From: a bacterium
GTDB lineage: Bacteria; JADJOY01
Assembly: GCA_046331705.1 (NCBI GenBank)
Contig: JAXLQJ010000024.1
Coordinates: 1 to 64,000, forward strand
Direction of reading: 5' to 3'
DNA length: 64,000 nt
Below, piece by piece: positions 38,337 through 49,100 of this stretch. Made by a program: the position numbers and the translations under genes. The number at the start of each line of letters is the position of its first letter. The stretch's first letter is position 1. The notes beneath the pieces are model-generated. The model ran no database searches. It was not told where the DNA came from and was given only the letters and a program-made list of their open reading frames with translations.

Positions 38337-39446
38337 TCACGGGATGCGAAGCGCCCGACGCAAGCTCGGGACGACCCACGCCGCGCGAAAGCGACGCAAG
38401 TTCGCGGGAAATCCGCCCCACCAGAACCGCGCCAGGTACGCGGCGAACGTGCCGGGATAGACGTCGGCGAACCAGGCGAGGTTCGCGGGGTCCTTGCGCG
38501 GCGCAGCGAGCAGCGCCAGTGCCTGGCTGCGATCGCGGTGCCGAACCAAGCCGCCGTACGCGGCAAGTGCCGCCGTCACGCGCGGAGCTCGCGCGCAAGC
38601 CGCCATCCCGTCGAGCACCACGACGAGCACGTTGACCGAGATGGCGAGCAGATTCTCGTTCGTGCGTTGCGCGAAGAACGTGGGCCAATCCAAGGTCGCG
38701 TCGACGTCCTCGAGGAGACGAACGAGGTCCACCAGCTGCTTGAGACGCGCCATCCCCTGACCAAGATCCTCGTAGAGTCCCAGCAAGAGCAGCACCAGCG
38801 CGTGCTCGTCCGAGAGTGTCCGCACCGGCTCGCCGGCGATCGTCACGTCGCGCGCCGCGGCCCAGAGCGAGTCCTCGCGCAAGCGAAAGGCGGGCGCGTC
38901 CCGCAAGCAGCGGTGGATGTCCACCTTGGCCGAGCCGCGCACCAGCGTGTCGGAGTGGAGGTCGTAGTCGGTGCGCCGCAGGCCGCGCATGGCCAGCACT
39001 GCGCGCGCCCGCCGCGCGTCCCGCCGCCGCACCAGCACGTCGACGTCGAACTGGGGGCGGCGATCGATGCCTCCGTAGAATCGCTCGGCGAAGCACAGTC
39101 CCTTGAGCAGCAACACGTCGATGCCCACCTCTGCCAGGGCGCCGCGGACCTCGACGAAGAGCGCGAGCAGCTCCTCGGGAGTGGCGCGCTGCACGGGCTG
39201 CGCCGCCGCGAGCGCCGCGACGATCGCCGGATCGAGTGTGCTGGTGTCGCCCAGATCGGCGAGCGCGCGCCTCACGAACCCCACCAGATGATGGGCCCGG
39301 AGCGCGCGGGCAACCGCTTCCGGCGGCTCGCGGAGCGCGCCCACGGCCACCAGCACCGCGCGCGGATCGCCCGCGGCGATGCCGCGTGCGACCTCGACGT
39401 AGCCGGCGATCGACCCAGTCGCGAGACCGACGGATTCGGCGGTCAC
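38337..39446 (-). CDS. Nucleotidyltransferase family protein (NTP_transf_5-like)
   Basis: 'VLLLKG..FA...Y.....R.QFDVDVLV', 'VDIH', 'LVDL'. The GTG overlaps the upstream stop. Confidence 0.8.
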   Translation of the reverse strand: MTAESVGLATGSIAGYVEVARGIAAGDPRAVLVAVGALREPPEAVARALRAHHLVGFVRRALADLGDTSTLDPAIVAALAAAQPVQRATPEELLALFVEVRGALAEVGIDVLLLKGLCFAERFYGGIDRRPQFDVDVLVRRRDARRARAVLAMRGLRRTDYDLHSDTLVRGSAKVDIHRCLRDAPAFRLREDSLWAAARDVTIAGEPVRTLSDEHALVLLLLGLYEDLGQGMARLKQLVDLVRLLEDVDATLDWPTFFAQRTNENLLAISVNVLVVVLDGMAACARAPRVTAALAAYGGLVRHRDRSQALALLAAPRKDPANLAWFADVYPGTFAAYLARFWWGGFPANLRRFRAAWVVPSLRRALRIP

Positions 39447-40639
39447 GCGAACGCCTCGTCGGCGAGCGCGCGCCAGACCGACGGCTCGTCGTAGGCACCT
39501 GGCGCGAGCTGGCATTCCACGCTCGGAACCGACGCCGCCAGGCGGCGGATGCGCTCGTCGAGCGCAGGCGGCCCGCCGCCGTCGATCGGCGCCAGACCGC
39601 TCGGACCCGACCCGTTCGCGAGCAAGCCGGTCTCACGCAGGAGACGCGCCGCCTCCTCCGCCGCGAGCGCACGCAGCAGGAAACGTCGCGCGCCTGCCAG
39701 TCGTTCGTGAACCGACGGGAACACGATGCGCGCGATCGGACCGCCGGCGACGGGCTCGACCCCGAGCAGCGCGCAGAGTTGCGCGGGCGTGAGTCCCGGG
39801 GGCCAGATCTCGCCCGCCGCCTCCGCGCGTTGGCCCGCGCGAGCGTGGGCGCGAGCCTCGGCGACGGTGGTGGTGTAATGCCATGCACCCGAGGCCAGCG
39901 CGGACCCGAGACCACCGGCCCACGCGAGCGAGCCCTCGCGAACCCCGACGATGCTCGGCATGCCGCGCGCGTGCGCTGCGAGGCGCGCGTGCGCCGCGCC
40001 CGCGAGCTCGACCATGACCCGATCGTTGGCGACGTAGCGCGCGCCGTGTCCCACGAGCGCGTGGAGCAGGAGCGACGACTTCCCGGCGCGCTTGGGGCCG
40101 ACGAAGAGCGTGACGCCCGAGCGCCCCTGGACCGCCGCGGCATGCAGCGGCAACCAGCCGGCGGCGATGGCGCCCTCGGACGCGAGCTCGCGAACCACGC
40201 GAAACGCCGCGAGCCGAGCCCCCGGACGATCGCAGGCGGAGACGATTCGGAACACGGGGCCGCCGCCGGTCCGCTCCACCGCCAGCGAGACCCGCCCAGC
40301 CACGTCGAGCGCGCGCTCGCCGCCGTCGGCGCCACGAAAGACCGGCCACAGCACCGGCGCGCGATCGAGCTGGAAGCACACGCGCTCGCGGCCCGTGGGC
40401 GTGGCGCCGTCGATCCAGCGCTCGAGCCCGGGCGCATCGATCGCGACCTCGATGGAGGCCGCCGTCTTCGCCGCGATCGGCGGGCTCGCGACGTCGAACC
40501 AAGGGCTCAGGAACTCCACCAGCCAGTCGAGGAGGGCGGCACCGTCGGCGCGGACGCAGAGCGCGCTCGCGCCGAACGAAAGCACGCGCTCGTGCGACGC
40601 CGGCGACGCATCGACCATCGGATCGCGCGCTTCGTTCAC
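39443..40639 (-). CDS. HPr-kinase-related P-loop kinase
   Basis: 'LHAAAV......LFVGPKRAGKSS', 'YVANDRV'. The GTG overlaps the upstream stop. Confidence 0.75.
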   Translation of the reverse strand: MNEARDPMVDASPASHERVLSFGASALCVRADGAALLDWLVEFLSPWFDVASPPIAAKTAASIEVAIDAPGLERWIDGATPTGRERVCFQLDRAPVLWPVFRGADGGERALDVAGRVSLAVERTGGGPVFRIVSACDRPGARLAAFRVVRELASEGAIAAGWLPLHAAAVQGRSGVTLFVGPKRAGKSSLLLHALVGHGARYVANDRVMVELAGAAHARLAAHARGMPSIVGVREGSLAWAGGLGSALASGAWHYTTTVAEARAHARAGQRAEAAGEIWPPGLTPAQLCALLGVEPVAGGPIARIVFPSVHERLAGARRFLLRALAAEEAARLLRETGLLANGSGPSGLAPIDGGGPPALDERIRRLAASVPSVECQLAPGAYDEPSVWRALADEAFA

Positions 40640-41466
40640 GATCGGTCCGGGAACTTCTCGCACCACAGCCGCTCGAAGAGCTCCACGGCCACCTCGGTGA
40701 AGCCATCTCCGCCGCCCGGCGTCGACGAGAACTCGCCGAAGACCCAACCCCTCTCCGTGGAATAGAAATCCGCGCGCATGTACGTGCCGATCGCCGTGCC
40801 GAGGACGCTCGCGAGCCGCACCAGCTCCGCGAGGTGCGGGGGCCGGTCGAGCGCCTGTCCCGGAGGATGGATCGTTCGAAACGGCGGCGGCAGCATTCGC
40901 CATTCGGAGTCGTACACGGTCTGCTCCTGCGACTTCGGGCCGTGACGTCTCACCACCTCGATCGCCGCGACGGTATCGCCGAAGACGTGGCAGCGGTATT
41001 CGAGCGGCAACGCGCCGCCCGCGCCGGCGAACTCCTCGACCACGAGCGGCCAGCGCGCGATCCGGCCGTGCATCGCAAGGGCCTGGGCACGAAGGTCGGC
41101 GTGCGTGCGTCGCGCTCCGCACATGAGCTCGACGCCATCGCTCACGGCGAGCACGCCGCCGCACGCAGCGCCCACGACCGGCTTGATGACGTAATGCCTC
41201 GGCAGCGCATCGAGCGGGATGCGCTCGGGACGCCGCCCCATCCACAGCACCGCCGGCAGGCGACAACCGTGGTGCGCGGCGAACGCACGCGCGTTGAGCT
41301 TGTTGGTCAGCGCGCGTGGCCAGAGCTCGCAGCAACGCCACGCGGCGAGCGGCTCGGCGGCGTCGCGCACGCGCTCGAGCTCACGCAACCGGTGCAGCCT
41401 GGCGAGGAGCGGCTTGCGCTTCCCCCACCAGATCTCGTGGCGCGAGCGGATGCGCTGCCAGTCCAC
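40636..41466 (-). CDS. TupA-like ATP-grasp ligase
   Basis: 'NKLNAR.FA', 'LPRHYVIKP', 'VVEEF', 'EYRCHVF', 'MRADFY', 'FGEFS.TPG'. Confidence 0.8.
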   Translation of the reverse strand: MDWQRIRSRHEIWWGKRKPLLARLHRLRELERVRDAAEPLAAWRCCELWPRALTNKLNARAFAAHHGCRLPAVLWMGRRPERIPLDALPRHYVIKPVVGAACGGVLAVSDGVELMCGARRTHADLRAQALAMHGRIARWPLVVEEFAGAGGALPLEYRCHVFGDTVAAIEVVRRHGPKSQEQTVYDSEWRMLPPPFRTIHPPGQALDRPPHLAELVRLASVLGTAIGTYMRADFYSTERGWVFGEFSSTPGGGDGFTEVAVELFERLWCEKFPDRS

Positions 41467-41629
41467 GGCGGCTCTCGAGATCGCTGGCGCGGCGGTGGAG
41501 CGATGGCCCCGTGACCCGACCCCAGCGCGCGAGTCATACCCGAAGCGCGCACGCGGCGTCAGGGTGGCTGGGGCGCGGCTCGCGACCAGTTGACGCGACC
41601 CCCGCCGAGCCCCCAGGGTGGGCGGCGAG

Positions 41630-42556
41630 ATGGCGGACGCGAACCTCGCCTTCATTCTCGACGCCGTGCGTGCAGCGCTCGCGCGACGCGGCTGGGCGCC
41701 GAGCGAGATCTCGGTCCTCTCGCCGCCGAGCGCCCGCAAGCGCGGGCGCGCCACGTTTCGCGTGGCGCTGGCCGAGGGTGGCACCGTCGAGGCTGTGAAG
41801 GCGCGCTGGCTCGAATCGAGCGCGGAGGCAGCGCGACTCTTCGCGATTCGCGCCACGCTCGACGATGCGTTCGCGCCGCCGATCGTCGCCGACGATCGGT
41901 TGCTGCTCGAGGTGTGGATCGAGGGCGCGCGCGTCGCGGCGCTCGGCGGCGATCCGACCTCCGGCGCCATCGCCGAGGAGGCGGGTGCGATCCTGGGGCG
42001 CTTGCACGCGCACCCGATCGACGCCGCACCCGCGCACAGCTCCACCGCGCGCTGGCGGCACGATGCCGAGTCCGATCTCGCCGCGCTGAGCGCCGCGGGT
42101 CGGCTCACGCGCTCGGACGTCGCAGTGCTCGCCGCGACCCTCGCCGCCAACGATCCGCGCCACACCGCCCTCGCCCTCGTCCACCGGGACTTCTGCGGCG
42201 AGAACATCGTGCGCGACGCGCGGGATCGGTTGCGCGTGATCGACAACGAATGGCTCGAGGTCGGCCCCGCCGGCTTCGATCTGGGACGCAGCCAGTGCCG
42301 CTGGCCGATGGACGCGAGGACGTGGCGCCGATTCCTCGCGGGCTATGCGAGCGCAACCCCGCTCGACGAGCCATCGCTCGCCTTCTGGCAGGTCGTGGCT
42401 GCTCTCTGGAGCGCGCGCATCCGGCTCGGCTCGCCGCACGTGGCGGAGCCGCTCGCGGTGGTCCAGCAATTGGCGCGCGAGGCTTCCGCCGCAGGGCGCT
42501 CGCGCACGAGGCGAAGCGGCGGCAGCGCCCGCTCGACCGGCGAACATGGCGCGTGA
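41630..42556 (+). CDS. Aminoglycoside-phosphotransferase/choline-kinase-fold protein
   Basis: 'LGRLH', Brenner motif 'LVHRDFCGENI', 'VIDNE', 'FDLG'. Confidence 0.8.
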   Translation: MADANLAFILDAVRAALARRGWAPSEISVLSPPSARKRGRATFRVALAEGGTVEAVKARWLESSAEAARLFAIRATLDDAFAPPIVADDRLLLEVWIEGARVAALGGDPTSGAIAEEAGAILGRLHAHPIDAAPAHSSTARWRHDAESDLAALSAAGRLTRSDVAVLAATLAANDPRHTALALVHRDFCGENIVRDARDRLRVIDNEWLEVGPAGFDLGRSQCRWPMDARTWRRFLAGYASATPLDEPSLAFWQVVAALWSARIRLGSPHVAEPLAVVQQLAREASAAGRSRTRRSGGSARSTGEHGA

Positions 42557-43799
42557 CGCGATCGTGGTGCTCTGCATGCCCGAGCGCGGGCATCTGCACC
42601 GCCTGCTGCCGGTCGTCGAAGGCCTCGCGGCGCGTGGGCGCACCGTTCGGGCGCTCACCGACGCGCGCTTCCAGGCCGACGTGGAGCGCGCGGGCGCCAC
42701 CTTTCAGGATCTCTTCGCGAGCTTTCCCGTGGAGGCGGCGGACGCCGAGTCGCGACCGGTTCCGAGCCGCTACGTGAGCTTCGCGGGCCACTACGCGGAC
42801 GCGATCACGGACTGGATCGCCGCGCGCGATCCCGCGCTGATCGTCTACGACACGTTCGCGGTCGTGGCCCCCATCGTGGGACGGCGGCTGGGCGTGCCGT
42901 ACGTGAACTTCTGCGCGGGCCACGCGTTCGAGCCGGTGCGCACGGTCGCCGCGCTGCGCGCCGACGGACGCGCCGCCACCTCCGCGGCCTGCTGGCGCGC
43001 CATCGAGGTGCTTCGCACGCGGCACGGCATGCCCGGCGCCAATCCGTTCTCCTACGTCGAAGCGCTGAGCCCGCACCTCAACCTCTACGGCGAGCCCGAG
43101 CCCTTCCTGCGGGCGGCCGATCGTTCGGCGTTCGAGCCGCTGGCGTTCTTCGGCTCGCTCGACTCGCGGGCGCTGCGCGACGCGAGCGCCGCCGCGACGC
43201 ACGCCGAGCCGCGCGCCAGGCCGCGGATCTACGCCTCGTTCGGCACCGTGGTCTGGCGCTACTTCCGCGCCGAGGCACTCGCCGCTTTCGAGGTCCTCGC
43301 CGACGCGACCGGGTCGCTCGGGGTCGAGCTGCTCGTCTCGACCGGCGGGCAAGAGCTCATGGCCGCCGAGCACGAGCGTCTGGCGCGGCCACACGCGCGC
43401 GTGGAGCGCTACGTCGAGCAATGGCGCGTGCTCGCCGACACCGACGTCTTCGTGACCCACCAGGGCCTCAACTCGACCCACGAAGCGATCTTCCACGGCG
43501 TGCCGATGCTCTCGTATCCGTTCTTCGCCGATCAGCCCGCGCTGGCCGCGCGCTGCGCGGAGCTGGGGCTCGCGCTGCCGCTCGCGAGCGGGCCGCGGGC
43601 GCCGCTCACCCGCGACGGCGTGTGCGAGGCGCTCGAACGGGTTCGCGCCGAGCGCAGCCACTTCGCCGCCCGCCTCGCCGAAGCGCGCGGCTGGGAGCTC
43701 GCCACCATCGCCGGGCGCGCGGCGGTGCTGGACCGCATCGAGGCGCTGGCGGACGGCGCGCGGCGGATCCCCCGCCCGCGCACCCGGCCAATCGCATGA
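42546..43799 (+). CDS. GT1 UDP-glycosyltransferase (macrolide-glycosyltransferase-like)
   Basis: 'PERGHL', 'IYASFGT', 'QWRVL...DVFVTHQGLNSTHEA...GVP....P.FADQ'. Confidence 0.88.
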   Translation: MARDAIVVLCMPERGHLHRLLPVVEGLAARGRTVRALTDARFQADVERAGATFQDLFASFPVEAADAESRPVPSRYVSFAGHYADAITDWIAARDPALIVYDTFAVVAPIVGRRLGVPYVNFCAGHAFEPVRTVAALRADGRAATSAACWRAIEVLRTRHGMPGANPFSYVEALSPHLNLYGEPEPFLRAADRSAFEPLAFFGSLDSRALRDASAAATHAEPRARPRIYASFGTVVWRYFRAEALAAFEVLADATGSLGVELLVSTGGQELMAAEHERLARPHARVERYVEQWRVLADTDVFVTHQGLNSTHEAIFHGVPMLSYPFFADQPALAARCAELGLALPLASGPRAPLTRDGVCEALERVRAERSHFAARLAEARGWELATIAGRAAVLDRIEALADGARRIPRPRTRPIA

Positions 43800-44533
43800 T
43801 CTACGTGTGGCTGCGCGCGACGCTGGCGTGGTCCGACGAGGCGGCGTTTCGCGCCCAGCTCGAGCCCGCGTTCGCGCCCAAGGTGGAGGCGTGGAACGCG
43901 ACCTTCGACATGCCGTATCACCTCTTCCGTCACGAAGTGCGTACGATCGCCGCGAGCAATCTCGCGGAGATCCGCGATGCCCGCGTCCGCACGTGGGACG
44001 AGATCCCCGCCGGCGCGCTGGTGCTACCGGTGGACGACGACGATTGGTTCGCGCCGGACGTCGCCCGGATCGTGGAGCGCGCGCTGGACGAGAGCGCGGC
44101 GGGTTGCCGCTGGCCCAGCACGTTCCTCGAGGTGCCAATCGATCTCGCTCATCGCCTGGGCCTCTGGCGTCGTGCGCTCTTCCCGAACACGCCGCCGCGC
44201 TGGATCTGCACGACGAACAACTACGCTCTCGTGAAGTCCGCCGAAACGACGGATCCGCTCGCACGCCACACCCAGGCGAGCCGCTGGGCCGAAGGCCCGG
44301 GCGCCAGCCGAATGCGGCGCCTCGACGCGCGACTGAGCGTCATGAATCGCACCCTCGCCTCGCAGACGTCGCTCGCATTCACGCGGCCGAGCATCCGGCG
44401 CCGGGAGCTCATCGCGAAATACCGGGCCTATCGCGTGCTCTATCGTCGCGAGCCGCGTCCCGACGTGGCCTGGTGCCGCCCCTACGTGGAGGCGATGGCG
44501 CAGCTCATGCGCCGGCTCACGCTTCGCGGGTGA
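43796..44533 (+). CDS. Hypothetical protein, possible GT-A fold
   Basis: ATGA overlap with the GT1 gene; 'LVLPVDDDDWF' DxD-like motif. Confidence 0.6.
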   Translation: MIYVWLRATLAWSDEAAFRAQLEPAFAPKVEAWNATFDMPYHLFRHEVRTIAASNLAEIRDARVRTWDEIPAGALVLPVDDDDWFAPDVARIVERALDESAAGCRWPSTFLEVPIDLAHRLGLWRRALFPNTPPRWICTTNNYALVKSAETTDPLARHTQASRWAEGPGASRMRRLDARLSVMNRTLASQTSLAFTRPSIRRRELIAKYRAYRVLYRREPRPDVAWCRPYVEAMAQLMRRLTLRG

Positions 44534-44563
44534 GCAGGCGCCTCGGGCGAGCGCCCGCTGCCG

Positions 44564-45856
44564 CTACGAGGGCCAGCGCGGCTCGCCGGGACGGGACGGA
44601 GAGCGCTCTCGTGGACGCCCGAGCAGCTCGCGCACGGTGGGCTCGAGACCGGCGAGCGAGCGCGACTGGGGCAACACGTCGTCGATCTCGTAAGCGCGCG
44701 TTTCCGTCACATCCACGACTTGCGCACGACGGGATTCGGGGTCCACGATCCAGACCAGCTCGCAGCCCGCGGCGACCCACTGCGCCGCGAGCACGCGCAG
44801 TGCCTCACGGTCCTCGAAACGATCGGCGACCAGCACCGCGAGCACCGGCGGCACGCGTCCCAGTCCGCCGACGGCATCGTCGAGGTCCGCATCGCGCCAG
44901 AGGGCGACGTCCGGCGGGCGCATCCCGGCGACGCTCGGATCGTCGATCGAGGCCAGGCCGAGACGAAAGCCGACGCCCGCGCCGATCCATGCGCCGAGCG
45001 CCACGGTCGTCGCCAGCACCGCGCTCTCGCGCGCGGAGCCGAGGGGCGGATGGAACGGCAATTGGCGCGGCGAACGGCTGCGCGCACGCATCTCGGCAGC
45101 GCTCATGCCGTCGATCCACGGATAGGTTCGCACCGGCGCGACAGCGGTCTTGAGCGCGAGGAACGTGCGGCGATCGAGCCCCTCGGCGGGATGCTCCGGC
45201 ACGCGGCATTCCAGCACCGCGCCGAAACCGCGCGCCTCGAGCAGCTCGCAAAGCGAGGCCGCCGTCGGCCAGAAGCTCCACTCGTTGTCCAGCGAGGCAA
45301 GCCGCCGCTGCTGGCGGGTCTCGGAAGCGTCCTCCGCGCGGTGCTCGCGGTAGTGCCAACCGCGCAGCAGCTGACCCTGGAGCTCGACCGACTCCACGGC
45401 ACCCCGCGCCACGTGGGTCTCGACGACCGCCGCGCGCGCGGCGACGTGCGCGACTCGCCCCACCACCTCCACCAGCTCGCGCGCCGTGAGATGGTAGAGC
45501 ACGCCCAGCGCGAGCACCACGTCGAAGGGCCCGCGCTCCTCGAACGGGAACGCGCGCAGGTCCGCGTTCACCAGCTCGACCCCGTCGAGCCCGAGCTCCG
45601 CGGCAACCGCGCGCCCCGCGTCCATCCGCTCGGCGCGGCCGTCGATGCCGAGCACGGACGCCCCCGCGAGCGCCGCCTCGATCGCGAACACGCCCTCGCC
45701 GCAACCGAGATCGAGCACCCGCAAGCCGGTGAGGTCGCCGGCGCGGCCGTGCACCACGCCGAGCAGCCGCAGCACGCGCCGCACGCGTGCCGCGTTCTCG
45801 GGCCCTTTGGCGTCGAAGAGCGCGCGAGCCCGCTCGGAGAGAATCGGCGAACGCAT
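44564..45856 (-). CDS. Class I SAM methyltransferase fused to a degenerate Uma2 (DUF820) domain
   Basis: 'RVLDLGCGEG', 'FDVVLALGVLYH'; C-terminal 'PPDVALW...PPVLAVLV...WVAAGCELVWIVDP'. Confidence 0.75.
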   Translation of the reverse strand: MRSPILSERARALFDAKGPENAARVRRVLRLLGVVHGRAGDLTGLRVLDLGCGEGVFAIEAALAGASVLGIDGRAERMDAGRAVAAELGLDGVELVNADLRAFPFEERGPFDVVLALGVLYHLTARELVEVVGRVAHVAARAAVVETHVARGAVESVELQGQLLRGWHYREHRAEDASETRQQRRLASLDNEWSFWPTAASLCELLEARGFGAVLECRVPEHPAEGLDRRTFLALKTAVAPVRTYPWIDGMSAAEMRARSRSPRQLPFHPPLGSARESAVLATTVALGAWIGAGVGFRLGLASIDDPSVAGMRPPDVALWRDADLDDAVGGLGRVPPVLAVLVADRFEDREALRVLAAQWVAAGCELVWIVDPESRRAQVVDVTETRAYEIDDVLPQSRSLAGLEPTVRELLGRPRERSPSRPGEPRWPS

Positions 45857-46184
45857 GAAGGGTCCAGCTAGCCCGGTGACTTTCCGAGCCCTGAACGCAA
45901 AGAGCCAACGGCCCTTCGTCGAGCGCTACGTATGGAAGTGTCCAAGCTCGATCGACGAGGCGACGGAAGTGCCCGGCGGGAGGCCAGCGCGCCGTCCACT
46001 CGTGGATGAACGTGGCTCACGAACGATGCCACGGCCAGAAGCTGGCGGGATACCGAGACGGGAGCGGTGAAGACCTCGAGCTTCGAGGCCTTGGCTTGGC
46101 GTCGACGACGAAGCGTTCTCGTGTCCATCGACTTCGGGGCCGCGCACGCAGCGCGACGAGCAACCGCGCGAGTCCTCGTCCGCG

Positions 46185-49100
46185 TTGCGGCGACTTCCGA
46201 GGGTCGCTATCATTTTTTCTGGCTTCCCGCCGCCTCCGCCGCACGCGAGCTCCATTCCGCGACGCGTTCGCGCTCCGGACGACGCCGAGCGCCACGTGAC
46301 GATCCTCGTGTCCCGTCGAAGCAAGGCGCCCCGGCGCGCTGGATCGGCCGTGGTCTGCGCGTTCGCCGCGTTCGCGGCCTTGGTCACCACGTCTTCGCTT
46401 GCGGTCGCGGATTCGCTGGTCTTCCAGCGGCGTTTCGACGGCACGGCCGATGCCTCGGCCTATTCGCTGCAACAGACGTCCGACGGGGGCTACGTCCTGG
46501 CCGGCAGCACCAGCTCCCATGGCGTCGGTGCGTCGAACGCGTATCTGGTGAAGACCGATTCGTCTGGAAACCTCCTGTGGGAGCGGACCTTCGGGTGGTC
46601 GGACCAGGAAGAGGCGTACTCCGTCCAGCAGACCTCCGAGGGCGGCTACATCCTGGCCGGCGACACGAAATCGTATGGTGCAGGCGGACGCGATCTCTAC
46701 CTGGTGAAGACCAACTCGTCGGGCAACGAGTCGTGGCACAAGCTGATTGGTGGGACGCGAGACGAGATCGCGTACGCCGTTCAGCAGACGACGGACGGCG
46801 GCTACGTCCTCGCGGGCTGGACCAGCTCGCCCGGCGCCAACGGATTCGATGCCTACCTGGTGAAGACCGACTCTTCGGGGAATCTGGCCTGGCAGCGAAT
46901 GTTCGGGCTGGGCGGAAGCGACTCCGCCTACGCGGTCCAGCAGACGCCGGACGGCGGCTACGTTCTCGCCGGTTCGACGTTGCCGGTGGGCGCCGACGAT
47001 TTCGAGCTCTACCTGGTGAAGACCGACTCGTCGGGAAACCTTCAGTGGCAGCGCACGTTCGGCGGCGCGGGCAACGATCGAGCGACATCCGTGCGCCGCA
47101 CGTCGGACGGCGGTTACATCCTCGCGGGGACGGTGGACCCTCCCGATGCGAGCCCGGTCGCCTTCGAGCTGGTGAAGACGGATTCGTCGGGGAATCTCGA
47201 GTGGCAGCGCACGTTCGCCGACGCCGCCAACAACGCAGCGCCCGCGGCTCGGCCGACGTCCGATGGCGGCTACGTCCTGGTCGGAGGTGCGGTCGCTCCG
47301 GGCGCGGCAGACGTGGATGTGTCGCTCGTGAAGCTCGATGGGTCAGGGAACGTCGTCTGGCAGCGCTCGTTGGGAGGCACGGAATACGACGACGGGTACG
47401 CGGTCCAGCAAACCGCCGACGGCGGCTTCGCGATCGCAGGCGTGACCAACGCCTATGGCACGGGTGGGCTCTACTCCTACGCCTACCTGGTGAAGACCGA
47501 TTCCCATGGGAACACCGGCCAAGCGCCGTGCGCCGACCTGGACGGCGACGGGTACTGCGCCGCGAGCGACCCGAACGCTCCACCCTCGGCCGCGAAGGAT
47601 TGCGACGACGCGAACCCCAGCACTCACCCGGGCGCGACCGAGAGTTGCAGCAACCACCTCGACGACGACTGCAACGGTCTCGTCGACGGAGCGGATCCCG
47701 CGTGCCAGGTTCCGCCGTGCCTCGACGACGACGCGGACGGCTACGGAGATCCGGCGTCGCCTTCCTGCCCGCACCCGGAAGCCGACTGCAACGACGCGAA
47801 CGCGAACGTGCACGCCGGGGCGCTCGAGATTTGCGGTAACGCGGTCGACGACAACTGCAACGCAACCATCGACGAGTCGTGCACCCTTTCCCGATACGTC
47901 GCGCTGGGAGACTCGTATTCGTCCGGCGAGGGAGTGCCGGCGTATTTCGACGACAGCGACTCGCCGACCAATCAGTGTCACCGGTCGACGCGTGCATACT
48001 CGATCGAGATCGATCGATCAGGGCTTCCGCTCGGTTTCGACGCGGCAGCGGACTTCGTCGCGTGCAGCGGCGCCGAAACCTTCAACATTCCGAAGAACGG
48101 ACAGGGCCAGCCGAACGGCGATCGCTTCGCGCAGCTCGACCAAGCCTACGTCGGCGCCGAGACCGGGCTCATCACGGTGACGATCGGCGGCAACGACGCC
48201 GGATTCGCGCGGGTGCTGACGCTCTGCGCCGAGCACCCCTTCTGCCAGCTCGATTACTCGCCGTTCTTCCCGTTCGATGACCAGTCGGTTCCGGACCTCC
48301 TGGCCGAAACGTTCGCAGCGCTTCCCGGTCGACTGGCGACGACCTTCGCCGCCATACGCCAAGCAGCCCCCAACGCAACCGTCCTGGTCGTCGGCTATCC
48401 GCAGATCTTCCCGCCCAACGGGCTGTGCGTGGATGCGAACGTCGTCCTCGCGTGGGATCCGAGCGAGCAGGTCTACCTGACGCAACAGGGCGACGAGCTC
48501 GATCGGATCATCTCGAACGCGACGGACGCGGCGGGCCCTGGTTTTCACTTCGTGCCCGCCAACTTTCTGGGGCACGACATCTGTGCCGTCGGTCAGCGGT
48601 GGTTCAACCCGCCGCTGACGAACTTCCTCGAGCCCAAAGGCTGGTTCCATCCCAACGCCAACGGGCAGCTGGCGCTCGCCCAGGCCGTGAGCTCGCGACT
48701 CGATGCGTGGCGCGGTGGGCCCATGCCACCGATACCGCACGCTCACGGCACGAGCGCACCCTCCTCGCGCACCGCGGCGCGGACCTCGTCGCCCCCGCCA
48801 TCCTTCGGCGATCTCGATCTCGAACCGGCGCTCGCGACCCCGTGCGCGGCAGTCGGCCATGCATACGTCCCGGGCCAGCTGGTGCGCCTCGTGGGCGACG
48901 GCTTCGTTCCGAACGCGCAGGTGGTGCTGCGGTTCGGAGTCGCCGATGGCTCGGTGCCCGTGGATCTGTTGTCGCCGAAGGTCGACGGCCAAGGGCGGCT
49001 CGACGTCGTGACGGCGGTGCCCACATCCGCGCCGACCGCCGGGATCGGCTCGTTTCAGGTGGTGGGCCCGGGTGCGGACGGCGGCGCTCGCTTGCTGCTC

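Noticed and set aside
34904-40437. 1220-aa and 1243-aa minus-strand ORFs as giant proteins
   Set aside because: Only their 3' parts are real (starts at 36709 and 38196). The extensions overlap other genes in different frames.
45860-46180. Possible small gene or relic between the methyltransferase and the SGNH protein
   Set aside because: No frame gives a recognisable motif or a convincing start signal.
46450-47510. CRISPR-like regularly spaced repeats
   Set aside because: The 156-bp units are in-frame protein repeats with degenerate third positions, no unique spacers and no cas genes.
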